A stretch of DNA of 64,000 nucleotides from Octopus vulgaris (lineage: Eukaryota), in the NCBI GenBank assembly GCA_951406725.2, contig OX597841.1, positions 15,996,001 to 16,060,000 on the forward strand, in the 5' to 3' direction. Positions within the stretch are counted from its first letter, which is position 1. Each line of letters opens with the position of its first letter. The notes under the pieces are model-generated. The model worked only from the letters and a program-made list of their open reading frames with translations, searched no databases and had not been told where the DNA came from. Position numbers and translations under genes: made by a program. Shown here piece after piece: positions 43,640-58,331 of the stretch.

Positions 43640-43802
43640 ATTGAGGGTACTACTATTCGTAGATACCAACACGCTAAGAGGGACCAATGCGGTCAAAACT
43701 ACTAAAATTATAATATATATATATATATGTATATATATTTATGTATATATATTTATGTATATATATATATATATATTTATATATATTTATATATATACAT
43801 AT

Positions 43803-43985
43803 AGGCGCAGGAGTGGCTGTGTGGTAAGTAGCTTGCTTACCAACCACATGGTTCCGGGTTCAGTCCACTGCGTGGCATCTTGGGCAAGTGTCTTCTGCTA
43901 TAGCCTTGGGCCGACCAATGCCTTGTGGGTGGATTTGGTAGACGGAAACTGAAAGAAGCCTGTCGTATATATGTATATATATATA

Positions 43986-44029
<44 letters not shown>

Positions 44030-44224
44030 TCTGTGCTTGTCCCCCTAGCATTGCTTGACAACCGATGCTGGTGTGTTTACGTCCCCGTCACTTAGCGGTT
44101 CGGCAAAAGAACCGATAGAATAAGTACTGGGCTTATAAGTACGGGGTCGATTTGCTCGACTAAAGAGGCGGTGCTCCAGCATGGCCGCAGTCAAATGACT
44201 GAAGCAAGTAAAAGTGTAAAAGAG
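43803..44224 (+). mobile_element. SINE A (duplicate of 33801)
   Basis: Family match. Confidence 0.9.
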
Positions 44225-44759
44225 ATATATATTTTATATATATATATATACACATATATATATATATATATATATACATACATACATACATACATATATA
44301 TATATGTATGTATACTCTTTACTCTCTCTGTTTTATTTGTTTCAGTCATTTGACTGCGGCCATGCTGGAGCACCGCCTTTAGTCGAGCAAATCGACCCCA
44401 GGACTTATTCTTTTGTAAGCCCAGTACTTATTCTATCGGTCTATTTTGCCGAACCGCTAGGTGACGGCGACGTAAACACACCAGCATCGGTTGTCAAGCA
44501 ATGCTAGGGGGACAAACACAGACACACAAACATACACACACACATATATAACACCAAGATGTTGACCGGATGCTTGACTTTCATCCCTCCCGGTACATGT
44601 CCCCAGATTGATACCCAAATACTCTGAAATGTTCATATTGGAGCTTCCGGTACAAATGCCAAGCAGTACAGCATATCGTTTCCAAATTCCCGGCAGAGTG
44701 AATTGCGTCCGGGTGTTTTCCTCTTTTTGATCTCTTTCTAAAATCGTAATGCCCTTAAA

Positions 44760-45072
44760 GCGTGGAGGCACATGGCCTAGTGGTTAGAGCAGCGGACTCG
44801 CGGTCGAGGGATAGCAGGTTCGAATCTCAGACCGGGCGATGTGTGTGTTTATGAGCGAAAACACCTAAGCTCCACGCGGCTCCGGCAGAAGTTAATGGCG
44901 AAACTTCTACTGACTCTTTCGCCACAACATTCTCTCACTCTTTCCTCCTGCATCTTGCAGCTCACCTCCGATGGACCGGCGTCCCGTCTAGGTGGGGAAC
45001 CTATACGCCAAGGAAACCGGGAAACCGAGCCAGGCATGGCTCGAGAAGGAACAAACAAAAAAAAAAACAAAA
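44760..45072 (+). mobile_element. SINE C with TSD (duplicate of 34761)
   Basis: Same taatgcccttaaa flanks. Confidence 0.9.
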
Positions 45073-45142
45073 TAATGCCCTTAAACGTCATTGTAAAGGA
45101 ACAGGCCAACGACATACTTTGAGGAAACTGAAAGAAGACTGT

Positions 45143-45187
<45 letters not shown>

Positions 45188-45398
45188 GCCGGGAGAAATG
45201 CGTTGGCTTATTTCGTCTGCCGTTACGTTCTGAGTTCAAATTCCGCCGAGGTCGACTTTGCCTTTCATCCTTTCGGGGTCGATTAAATAAGTACCAGTTA
45301 TGCACTGGGGTCGATGTAATTGACTTAATCCCTTTGTCTGTCCTTGTTTGTCCCCTCTATGCTTAGCCCCTTGTGGGCAATAAAGAAATAAGAAGCGT

Positions 45399-45534
45399 GC
45401 TTACCAACCACATGGTTCCTGGTTCAGTCCCACTGTGTGTCACCTTGGTCGACTGTTTTCTGCTGTAGCCTTGGGCCAATCTAAGCCTTATGGGGGAATT
45501 TGGTGAACGGAAACTGAAAGAGGCCCATCGTATT

Positions 45535-45565
<31 letters not shown>

Positions 45566-45895
45566 TTGTGCGTGTGTATTTGTGTGTGTGTGTATTTGTG
45601 TGTGTGTATTTGTGTGTGTGTGTGTGTGTTTGTGTATTTGTGTATTTGTGTGTGTGTGTGTGTGTGTTTGTCCTCGCATCATCGCTTGACAACCGATGTT
45701 CGTGTGTTTACGTCCACGAAATCTAGCGGTTCGGCAGAAGAGAACGATAGAATAAAATACCAGTCATTTTTTTTTTTCAAAAAATAAAAAAAAAACAATT
45801 AATAAAGAAAAGAAAAAGAAAAATAAGAATCGATTCGGTGCTCCCGCATGGCCGCAGTCTAATGATAGAAACAACCGATGAAAAAATAAAAGAGA
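45399..45895 (+). mobile_element. Diverged SINE A
   Basis: gcttaccaaccacatggttcc...gcttgacaaccgatg...gcatggccgcagtc. Confidence 0.8.
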
Positions 45896-46157
45896 TAGAC
45901 ATACAAAAAAAAAAGAAGAAAAAAAAACGAAAGACGGCCAGACAGACAGGCTGACGTGCAGACAGTCAGGCAGACTAATTGATTATGCTCCAGAGGTATC
46001 GATCTTTTAGAAATAAGCCAGTGAGCAAATCGGATTTGTTTGTTTGTCTGTCTATCTGTCTATTTGTTTGTTTTGCTCGATCCTCGCATTGATGTATTTG
46101 AACGGTGGGTAAATATTTCGTATAAACAGCAGACAGATAGGTATAGGTCTATATATA

Positions 46158-46270
<113 letters not shown>

Positions 46271-46336
46271 TTATATATATATGCATATATATATAAATAT
46301 ATATATATATGTATATATATATGTGTGTGTGTGTGT

Positions 46337-46420
<84 letters not shown>

Positions 46421-46545
46421 GTTTCTTTATTGGCCACACAGGGCTGCACACAGATGGGACAAGTTACAAGGTAGAGCTTTTCTTTTGGAGGAGAAAAAAA
46501 AAAGGTGGTCTAGGTTTTCGATCAAAAGGGATCGTAAAAGGGAAA
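46421..46545 (-). mobile_element. Family G LINE-like 3-prime end within (GATA)n
   Basis: Reverse complement of 5050-5195. Confidence 0.6.
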
Positions 46546-46674
46546 AAAGAACAAAAAAAGTAAAAAAAAGAAAAAAAGGAAAAGAAAATAAGGAAAAAAA
46601 AGAAGAAGAAAAAAAGAAAAGAAAAATGAAAAAAGAAGAAAAAAGAGGAAAAAAGGGGGGAGAAGAAAGAGATT

Positions 46675-46716
<42 letters not shown>

Positions 46717-47183
46717 AGAGACAGACAGAGAGACAGACAGACAGACAGACAGACAGGTAGATAGACACAGACAGACAGATAGATAAATAGATTACTTTTG
46801 ACTATAATTCTGTTTTGTCTGTCATTTCATCTTTGGAAGTCGTTTTGCCTGCAAATTCCTGGAAAATTCGCCAACTGAGTTGGGCAGCCATTCTTCAAAT
46901 AGAACGAAATGAAATTCTGATCTGACGAAGGACTTATTTAAAATAATCACCTGAAGAAACACATTTTACACCTTTGATGGAGGGTAATAATTACACAGGA
47001 TGTTAATTATATCATCTCGCTAATGTTCTACGAGTGTAGTGATGTGTAGAAACAATTGTGACAATATGAAATAAAGAATGTCGTTCAATCCATTTTCTCT
47101 TATTCATCCCTTCTCTTTCTTTTTCTCTCTCTCAATCTCTCTCTCTCTGTCAATCTATCTGTCTATCGATCTATCTATCCCTT

Positions 47184-47292
<109 letters not shown>

Positions 47293-47479
47293 TTGTCTAT
47301 CTAGTTTTCTATGTATATGTATCTGTGTGTATCTTTCCCTCGCATCCTTTCTCTCTCTTTCCCTCCCTCTCTCTCTCTCTCTCTCTCTGTATATGTACAT
47401 ATATACATACATACACATACGCATATATATATGTGTATATATATACATATTATTAAATTCCATATATTTATATATATGC

Positions 47480-47550
<71 letters not shown>

Positions 47551-47551
47551 C

Positions 47552-47642
<91 letters not shown>

Positions 47643-47856
47643 CAAACAGACAGACAGACGGACAGACGGACAGACGGACAGGCGGACATGAAACTGGCAA
47701 TAAAGTCCTCTCGGTGTGTGTGTGTTGGTTCGTGCGATTGACAGAGTGGATGCCGTTCCAAATGGTGCCATTACCAAACACAAAGGTTCTAGAAACATTC
47801 AAACGAAACAAACATGGTGAAAATTGGTTTGATGTTGGAATTATTAACGCCAATTA

Positions 47857-47903
<47 letters not shown>

Positions 47904-48230
47904 GGCGATGTTGCTTCATGGCTAAATGGAAATGTGAATAAATATGGATATATATATATATATATATAGGCGCAGGCGTGGCTGTGTGGTAAGTAGCTTG
48001 CTTACCAACCACATGGTTCCGGATTCAATCCCACTACGTGGCACCTTGGGCAAGTGTCTTCTACTATAGCCTCGGGCCGACTAAAACCTTGTGACTATTT
48101 GGTAGACGGAAACTGAAAGAAGCTCGTCGTATATATATATTTCCTTCCGGTCATAAAATGTGACCGCGTATGTACCGTTGGCGATTTTTTTTCCTCTGTC
48201 TTCCCTTCTCTGGATCTTTCCTTCTCCTGT

Positions 48231-48265
48231 GTTTCCGATGAAGAGCTCCGCTCGAAACGTTAAAC
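48231..48265 (+). ncRNA. Minimal hammerhead motif (U4C variant)
   Basis: gttt-CCGATGA-a-gagc.tcc.gctc-GAAA-cg-TT-aaac. Confidence 0.55.
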
Positions 48266-48359
48266 CCTCCTTCTTTCCTTCTTTTCTGAGCGTCCAATAA
48301 TACTATATTTGTTCCACGTCCTCGCGTTGTTGTGTTTTTTTTGTGCTTCCTTGTTTGGA

Positions 48360-48540
48360 AGATCGTTAGCTCCTACACGCATTTTCTTCACTTTTTTTCT
48401 TTTTCTGTGTATCTTTCTGTCGAAGAGCGTAGGCTCGAAACGTAAAAGACTTTTTCTATTCCTGAGCGCTATACTAATACATTTGTTTGTTTGTACTCCA
48501 CCTGCCTTCGTCTTTTGTTTATTTTCGTAAACTTTCCCTT
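48360..48540 (+). mobile_element. Family F element with minimal hammerhead at 48412-48449
   Basis: tcttt-CTGTCGA-a-gagc.gtag.gctc-GAAA-cg-TA-aaaga; followed by (TA)n. Confidence 0.7.
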
Positions 48541-48542
48541 TA

Positions 48543-48629
<87 letters not shown>

Positions 48630-48793
48630 ATTTGTGTGTGTGTGTTTGACCCCCATCATCGCTTGACAACCGTATATATATACGGAACCATGTGGTTGGT
48701 AAGCAAGCTACTTACCACACAGCCACTCCTACGCCGATATATATATACTCAAAATATATACTGAAAATTTTTGTATTAATGGAAAACCTCTAT

Positions 48794-48885
48794 AATTGGC
48801 TGATGAGTACTCAGCATCTTAAATCTGTTGTAATACTTACAACATTTAATAAAATGATGTAGTACGAAACGATCGTACCAAATTA
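48794..48885 (+). ncRNA. Type I hammerhead ribozyme motif with long helix II
   Basis: ttgg-CTGATGA-gtact...tgttgtaa/ttacaaca...agtac-GAAA-cgatcg-TA-ccaa; canonical core, G10.1-C11.1 pair, palindromic helix III. Confidence 0.85.
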
Positions 48886-49012
48886 CCGGAGTCATTCTTG
48901 TTGCTTATTTTGATTATAATCATCCCACGGATTTTTTATGGATAACACCATACAGAATTCTGGTGCATCTAAATTAAGTACCATATTCATTTGAATCTAA
49001 ATTTTTGCTGAA

Positions 49013-49045
<33 letters not shown>

Positions 49046-49108
49046 TGAGTATAGATGCACGAATGTTGCTGTTCAGTGCAGATCTCTGCAGAGTATCACG
49101 ACCAAGTC

Positions 49109-49153
<45 letters not shown>

Positions 49154-49283
49154 TACACCCGCATGCGCGTTTTGCGAGTGTGTGTACATACATACACGTC
49201 TGCTATGATTGAGTTTTGGATTAATGTATATTCACGTCTTTAATTACATTAAAGAGTGTTTTCCATTACGCATGCGTCCACAC

Positions 49284-49314
<31 letters not shown>

Positions 49315-49532
49315 CATGCATACATACATACATACATACATACATACATACATGCATGCATACATCCGTGCGTGCGCCGCGCGTGTATGTGTATATGTGT
49401 AATGACGTCAGCAAAGCAGTCGTGTATGACTGCACACTGTTAAACAATGTATTTGTTTATATATACACACATGCATACATACATAAATAAATATATATAC
49501 ATATATATACATATACATATATATACACACAC

Positions 49533-49563
<31 letters not shown>

Positions 49564-49681
49564 TGCATATGTATATATGTATATATGTATGTATATATAT
49601 ATATGTACATATGTATATGTGTGCATATATTTCTGTATATATATATGTATGTATATAGATATATGTATATATGCATATATG

Positions 49682-49767
<86 letters not shown>

Positions 49768-49788
49768 TGTGTGTGTATATATATATAG

Positions 49789-49825
<37 letters not shown>

Positions 49826-49839
49826 TATGTGTATGTATG

Positions 49840-49910
<71 letters not shown>

Positions 49911-50045
49911 ATGTGTGTGTGTGTGCGTGTGTGTATCCACATGTCTTCACACTCCTAAACACAATACCTTCCATTCAACAAACATATTCTCCGACCCAAA
50001 CTGCTTCACCCCCCAAACACCCCGATCCTACCACCACCACCACTA

Positions 50046-50110
<65 letters not shown>

Positions 50111-50189
50111 TATCTCTATCTCTCTACCTGTCGGTCTCTGTAGTTCATGTATTAACAAAAAACGACCATCGATACCAAGCTGTTCATGT

Positions 50190-50852
50190 CGCCACCACCA
50201 CCACCACCACCACCACCACTGCTAACACTACCACCTAGACTACCACCATCACAACCACCACCACCAACACTGATACTATACCATCACCACCACAACCACC
50301 GCAGCCACCACTATGACTACAACCACTACCACCACCACCACCATTGCCACTGCCACCATCGCCGCCGCGGCCACCATCGCAAACACCACAACCACATCTA
50401 CCACAACCCTCACTTTCACCACCAACACCGCAACCACAACCATCACCTTCACCTCCGCCACGATGGCCACAGCCGCCACCTGCATCCTAAACACCACCCC
50501 CACCACCACAACCATCGCCTTCGCCACCGCCATCACCACCACCACCACCATCACGAACACCACCACAACCATCGCCTTCACCACCACCACCACCATCACC
50601 ACCACAACCGTGGCCTCCACCATTGCCACCATCATGGCAACCACCACCACCACCACCACAACCGTCGCCTCCACCATTGCCACCATCATGGCAACCACCA
50701 CCACCACCACCAGAACCGTCGCCTCCACCGTTGCCACCATCATGGCAACCACCACCACCACCACCACAACCCTCGCCTTCACCATCACCACTATCACGAC
50801 AACCACCACCACCATCACCACCACCACAGCCATCGCCTTCACCACCGCCACC
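50190..50852. repeat. (CAC)n degenerate array with three ~63-bp higher-order units
   Basis: gcctccacc.ttgccaccatcatggcaaccaccacc occurs three times. Confidence 0.85.
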
Positions 50853-51150
50853 GTCTCCTTATGTCCATCGCAATGGTTTGGCGTATCCCTGCCCCTGTGT
50901 CACCTGATGTTTCCACCTTGGCCCTTTTTCCTGTCGGTGTTTCCCTTCTCTCGCTTTTATTACCGCTTCTTTGTGGCATCAATTGGTTGGTTGCACGCGC
51001 GGAGAGGAAGGAACGGGGATGATCCCCCGGCTGGGTGGGTGTGTGTGTGCCTCTCTCTATATGTTTGTGTATGCATTTATGCGTGTGAAAACATGACATA
51101 CATATATATACACCCACACATATATATGTACATATAGGTAAATACATACA

Positions 51151-51186
<36 letters not shown>

Positions 51187-51410
51187 TGTATATATATGCA
51201 TACATATATGTATATACATATATATATATCTGTGTGTGTGTGTAAATATATATATATATATGTGCGTGTATATATGTATTATGCAAGTACGTATAGGTAT
51301 ATGTGTATATATTTGCGTATGCATGCATAAATACATACATGTGCATATATATATGTATACATCTACCTGTATATATATGTATATGTATACATATGTATAC
51401 ACAGCTACCT

Positions 51411-51505
<95 letters not shown>

Positions 51506-51561
51506 AACTCACACCCACACACACACGTATATATATATGCATATATATATACACATATATT

Positions 51562-51594
<33 letters not shown>

Positions 51595-51805
51595 ACATAT
51601 AAACATATAGAACTGCATAAAAACGAGTTTGTGTGTGTTTTCTGCACAGATAGCAAAAAACAAAAGCGTCACACTCTCTGAGTAATATTACATTTTCGAT
51701 CAGAAAATTGATATATCGATTATTCCCCCATCACCTCCACAACCTATTTACTTCGCTTTGCTTCTGTCTTTTTGTCTCTCTGTCTGTCTTTCTGTCTGCC
51801 CATCA

Positions 51806-51849
<44 letters not shown>

Positions 51850-51858
51850 GTCTATCTC

Positions 51859-51899
<41 letters not shown>

Positions 51900-51968
51900 T
51901 ATCTATTTATCTATCCATAGCTATATATCTATCCATATGTATCTCTCTATCTATCTACCTTTACTATC

Positions 51969-52051
<83 letters not shown>

Positions 52052-52132
52052 GTCTGTCTATCTGTCTTCCTTTCTGTTAGTCTATCTATCTATCGTTTTC
52101 TATTTCTCTCTCTCTCTCTCTGTTTCTCTCTT

Positions 52133-52167
<35 letters not shown>

Positions 52168-52234
52168 TTCTCTCTTTCTTTCTCTTAGTTGATTTCTCTA
52201 CTTCTCTATCTTATTGTCCATATATTCATTAACT

Positions 52235-52480
52235 GCATCCGCCTGTCGTCCCCAGGATCGATGGCTACCTTCCAAATCAGCACCGTCATGCTGAGTACTG
52301 CTACATCTCACGGCCTGATGCAAAACGCATTAAACTCTGGTGTACCCCGAAGTTTCGGTTTTTTATTTCCTTCTCAGTCATACTCCCACACCGGCTTCAA
52401 TGGATGACCTACTTTCTGTTTGTCTTCAGCAACGACGACCACCGCCATTCCTCCGCAACACATACCATACATTATTCCTC
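52235..52480 (+). pseudogene. Highly decayed LINE RT fragment (CR1/L2-like)
   Basis: LNSGVPRS (compare SGVPQGS) followed by HSSATHTIHYS (compare YADD region). Confidence 0.4.
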
Positions 52481-52544
52481 CATAAATGCACCCTGGGCAT
52501 CATTCACGTGTAACCTTTTAGTTTTTATATTCTTATCTATTATA

Positions 52545-52903
52545 TGTTTTAGTAGTTTGGACTGCGGCCATACTGGAGCACCGCCTCGAAGTGTTTTTTG
52601 TGAACAAATAGCTCCTAGTGTTTGTATTTGGGGTGTTTTTTTCCTGTTCTGGAACTTCTTCTATCGATCACTTTTTGCCGAATCCATTAATTTACAAGGT
52701 CGTAAGCAAACCAACAACGTTTGTTAAGTGGTGAGAGAGGGCACACACAAGCACACAAACATACGCGTTCCTCCGAAGCGGTTCGACAAAAGGTACCAAT
52801 AGAATAAGTACATGGCCAAACAGATATGTCCTGGAGAAGATTCGTTCGACTAAATCTCTTCACGACGGTGCTCCAGCATTGCCGCTGTGAAATGACTGAA
52901 ACA
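52545..52903. mobile_element. Two old SINE A 3-prime halves in opposite orientation
   Basis: actgcggccatactggagcaccgcc and cggtgctccagcattgccgc. Confidence 0.65.
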
Positions 52904-52969
52904 TTTATTTTATGTTCAGTGTAATGATTTTAACTTTTCGGCACAAGGCCAGCAATTTGGAGTGAGGGA

Positions 52970-53140
52970 GCCAATCGATTACATCGACCCCAGTGTTCAA
53001 CGGATTCGTATTTTATCGACACCGAAAGGATGAAAGGCAAAGTCGACCTCGGCAGCATTTGAACTCAGAACGTAGCGGCAGGCGAAGTACCACTAATCAT
53101 TTTGCCTGGCGTGTTACCGATTCAGCCAGCTCGCGGCCTT
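52970..53140 (-). mobile_element. SINE B
   Basis: ccgaaaggatgaaaggcaaagtcgacctcggc..tttgaactcagaacg. Confidence 0.8.
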
Positions 53141-53143
53141 AAG

Positions 53144-53192
<49 letters not shown>

Positions 53193-53206
53193 TGATGATG
53201 ATAATG

Positions 53207-53265
<59 letters not shown>

Positions 53266-53269
<4 letters not shown>

Positions 53270-53823
53270 GCCCTGATGCAGTACCAGGCAGTGGCTCTCA
53301 TGGCTTCTGATCTTAACTGATTGGAAGTGTTATCATGTACATTGTTTTGTCTTGGTATAAAAGATGGGCTACAGCAAATATTCTGCTCAATACCACAGAT
53401 TTGCTTGTCAGTTGTTTGACTTTAACCAGTTGAGCATGTCCCTTAGTGGCTGACGATATGTGCATCTCTGATCACGAGCAGAAGTAGTGGGGGAGCATCA
53501 TAGCCATGTGTTGAGAGGGATTCTTTGGGGTTTGAATAATTCACCTCTGGAAACATGGGTGGTTCTTTCAACATCCTTAAACAACCCTTATTCAGGGACC
53601 TTTTGAGCGGGATGGGCTACTCAACCTGAAGAATATTCTAACTGGGCCCCACCTGCAAGGTCATGTGCTGTTTATCTTGATATGAGATCACCATGTCGCG
53701 CACAAATGGTTGTCATGCATGTGCCTGGTGTACCTTTATCAGACGGGTAGTCATGATGGGTATATTGGGTTTCGTATATTTTACCCCAGTGTCACTCTGA
53801 TGGCATGCACTGCTCTCTCACTC
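53266..53823 (+). mobile_element. Element E, full length, within (AAT)n
   Basis: Same termini as 31515-32071. Confidence 0.85.
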
Positions 53824-53869
53824 AATGATAATAATAATAATAATAATAATGATGATGATGATGATGATG

Positions 53870-53940
<71 letters not shown>

Positions 53941-54300
53941 TCTCGAGAAGTACGTGGGATAACTAGGGGCTGCAGTAGTTCATTTTGCTGACAGGTACTT
54001 ACTGGACTATCCCTATGCACCAATGTGGACTTCGTCAAACCGCAACGGGTCGTCAAGATCCTACTTAAATAGCATTTTCTATAGAGTGTTAGCATAAGGT
54101 GTCTACATTTTCAAATTCGCTGCTCATTGTTCCCAGGACTCTGACAATTATTGGTACAACTACCACCTGTTTTAGTGACAACAACTGCTTAACTACCCAA
54201 GCTAACCTGTCATACCTACCGACTTTTCGTTCTTCCTTATCGCATACCTTATTGTCAGCTGGGCATGCTATAGCCATGATCCAACATCGTTTGCTATCTG
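53941..54300 (-). pseudogene. Restriction-like endonuclease C-terminus of an R4/Dong-type non-LTR retrotransposon
   Basis: KRCWIMAIACPADNKVCDKEERKVGRYDRLAWVVKQLLSLKQVVVVPIIVRVLG fits the RLE tail D(I/V)ACP.D...KE..K...Y..L...VVP(I/V)(I/V)(V/I)GALG; flanked by (AAT)/(AAC) repeats. Confidence 0.75.
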
Positions 54301-54319
54301 TTGTTGTTGTTGTTGTTGC

Positions 54320-54382
<63 letters not shown>

Positions 54383-54384
54383 CA

Positions 54385-54482
<98 letters not shown>

Positions 54483-54495
54483 GTTGTTGTTATTA

Positions 54496-54533
<38 letters not shown>

Positions 54534-55158
54534 GCAAGATTGACAAAGTAGAAAATAATGCTTAAGAAACATAGACAACAATGAAGACGACGACGATGAC
54601 GAAGAAGAAGAAGAAAAAGAAGAAGAAGAAGAAGAAGAAGAAGAAGAAGAAGAAGAAGAAGAAGAAGAAGAAGAAGAAGAAGAAGAAGAAGAAGAAGAAG
54701 AAGAAGATGATGATGATGATGATGATGATGATGAAGAAGAAGAAGAAGAAGAAGAAGAAGAAGAAGAAGAAGAAGAAGAAGAAGAAGAAGACTATATGTA
54801 ATAAAAGTCTACGTAGCCTTCAGCCAGTATCGAACCTGCGAAAAGCTTACATCCAATATCACCAGACGATCGCCTGCTGATATCATGTAACCCCTTGATA
54901 TCCGAGTCCACCGAGTCATTCTTCATAATCCGTCAAACGCTCACCCCCTCCCACCCCAGCCACCGCCGGCGCCGCTGCCGCTGCCGCCGCCACCGCCACC
55001 GCCGCAGCGCCCGTCTTTTCGTGCAGCGTCTACTTAATCTTTTTGCGAATTCATTAAATCAATATATGTACATGTGTGTGTGTGTTGTTGCATCGATAGG
55101 TATATATATATATATATATATAGTGTGCGAAACGCATATACGTATAAACACGGATGGA

Positions 55159-55206
<48 letters not shown>

Positions 55207-55449
55207 TACATATATATATAGATATGTACATATATATATATATACATACATATAAAAACATATATATATGCACACACATATATATATACGTATACACACA
55301 TGTGTATGTATACAGATGTATATATACACAGATATATATACATATACATAGTTATATATACATATACATATACACACAGGTGTATATACATATATATACT
55401 AGATATATATACATAAACATAGATACACATACTCATACACACATATGTA

Positions 55450-55481
<32 letters not shown>

Positions 55482-55541
55482 CTCAGATATATATACATAT
55501 ATATGTATACATACATATTTATTTACATATATATTTACATG

Positions 55542-55602
<61 letters not shown>

Positions 55603-56376
55603 GTATGTATGTATGTATATAGACATACATATATACACACACACAAGACACAAGGGAAGAGAAAGAAGAAGAAGAAGAAGAAGAAGAAGAAGAAGAAGAA
55701 GAAGAAGAAGAAGAAAAAGAAAAAGAAGAGGAGGAGGAAGAGGAGATCGAGAACTCACACACCAACAGACTGACAAAGAGACGAGACAGGCCGCGAGATG
55801 AATAATGGCGAATAATATGAAACGCGTTTGACAAACCAGTTTTGCCAAACCGGAAGAAACCGATCTCTAAGACGGCAATTCTTTAAGCGAAAATCCCAAT
55901 CCTTGGAAAATAATTCTAGCTGAGTAGAACTACTTACGCCCTCTGTCGGTGATGAGATTGCTGTGCTCTTTTGTTCCATCTCGGATTAGTTAGCGGAAAG
56001 ATTGCCGGAGAGGGATTTAACGATGAGACTTGCTTAAGACTTCAAGGGTTGCCTCAGCTAGTTTTGTGTGTTTGTGGTTCTTTACGGTACAGTATGGTAA
56101 TGTGCTGCGGTGTGGAGACGTTTTTAGTCATTATGTGTAATGCTGTGGAAGGGGTGGCTGGGGTTCTTTTTTTTTTTTGGTGGGATGGATGGGGTGCATG
56201 GTTGGTTGGTTGGTTGGTTGGTTGGTGAGATTTCGTGTTGTTCATGTGGTTAATGTTGTCGTTATGTGTGTCGTTGTGGCTGAGGGGGGAGTGGGTTAAC
56301 AGCTTAAGATTTTATGCACATGTATATATGTATGTCGATGTATGTATGTAGGTATATATATATCTATATATATACC

Positions 56377-56432
<56 letters not shown>

Positions 56433-56692
56433 TATATATACATATACATATATATGTACATATATACACATTTATTTATATCTATATAAGCATATACATA
56501 AACATATAAAAATATATATGCACACATATATATATAAACATATATATATTCATATATACATATATGTGTATATACACACATGCGTATTTACACACGCACG
56601 CACACACACATATATATATGCATATATACATGCATACATACTTATATATATATTATGTATATATAGATATGTGTGTATGTGTGTATGTACAC

Positions 56693-56745
<53 letters not shown>

Positions 56746-57178
56746 TAGATAGACAAATAGATGTATATAGACACACACACTCACACAAATACACTCAGAC
56801 ACACACTCACACACACACACACACTCACACACACATGTATGTATGCATCTTTATACACATGTCCCTATCTACACATCCACCAATCTATTCATCTATCTAT
56901 TCTGCCTTCTGTCTATATATATATCTATGCACGCGCTGGACACTCGAACAAAAACACGCGCGCTCCGCATGCGCAGAAACATACGCCCCCCACACACACA
57001 CACACAAACACACACACAGAGGGACACACAGACAAATGTTATCTGTCGGTGTGGAATATTTTTGAAAGTTGCTTCAATCTGTCTTTATCCCGAGTCATAG
57101 CTTCTTACATCATAGTTAAATAAGTATGCCTTAGCCAGGTAGACGTGGACCGGCGGCGGCGGTAGTGGTGGTCGTGAT

Positions 57179-57219
<41 letters not shown>

Positions 57220-57708
57220 CTGGTGTTAGTGGTTTTGCTGGTGCTAGTAGTAGTAGTAGTAGTGGTGGTGGTGGTGATGGGGGTGGGGTGGGGTGGTAGT
57301 AGCAGTGGTGGTGCTGGTGGTGGTGGTTGTTGTGGTGGTGGTGCTAGTAGTAGTAGTAGTAGTAGTAGGTGTAGTAGTAGTAGTAATTGTGGTGGTGGTA
57401 GTGGTGGCTGTGACGATGGTGGTGAGGAGTTTGTTGTGGTGGTGAGGAGTTTGTTGTGGTGGTGATTATGATGATGGTGGCGGCGGCGGTGATGATAGTG
57501 GTGTTCGTGGTCGTGGTTGTGGTGGAGGTGATAGTAGTAGCATTAGTAGTCTAGTAGTAGTGGTGGTGGTGGTGGTGGTGGTGGTGGTGGTGGTGGTGGT
57601 GGTGGTGGTGGTGGTGACGGTGGTGCTGGTGGTTGTGGTGGTGGTGGTTGTGGTGGTGGTGGTGATGGGTGATGGTGATGACGATTACGACAATGACCGT
57701 GGTGATAT

Positions 57709-57757
<49 letters not shown>

Positions 57758-57814
57758 GGTGGTGTCGATGGTGGTGGATGTCGTTATATACGTGTTTGTA
57801 AGCATGTGCGAATG

Positions 57815-57990
57815 TGTGTGCTTGACAACCGATGCTGGTGTGTTTACGACCCCGTAACTTAGCGTTTCGGCAAACAGAGACCCGATAGAATAAGTGTTTG
57901 GCTTACAAAGAATAAGTCCTGGGGGGGTCGATGCAGTGCTCCAGCATGGCCGCAGTCAAATGACTGAAACAAGTAAAAGAATAAAAGAAT
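57815..57990 (+). mobile_element. SINE A 3-prime half
   Basis: Family match. Confidence 0.85.
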
Positions 57991-58079
57991 AACATACGTG
58001 TGTGTGTGCGAATATATACACACGCACACGTATTTACACACACATACACTTACACATATACTAAATATATACACAGATA

Positions 58080-58245
58080 GGCGCAGTAGTGGCTGTGTGG
58101 TAAGTAGCTTGCTAACCAACCACATGGTTCCGGGTTCAGTCCCACTGCGTGGCATCTTGGGCAAGTGTCTTCTGCTATAGCCCCGGGCCGACCCATGCCT
58201 TGTGAGTGGATTTGGAAACTGAAAGAAGCCCGTCGTATATATATG

Positions 58246-58331
<86 letters not shown>

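Larger units (their letters stand above)
47969..48672 (+). mobile_element. SINE A split by hammerhead-bearing insertions in its (TA)n
   Basis: 5-prime half at 47969-48131; the body resumes at about 48635-48672. Confidence 0.8.

Noticed and set aside
46922-46962. CTGACGA-agg...cct-GAAG
   Set aside because: No valid GAAA, helix III or helix I.
50186-51137. His-rich and Thr-rich mucin-like ORFs
   Set aside because: (CAC)n is open in several frames on both strands; no splice or domain evidence.
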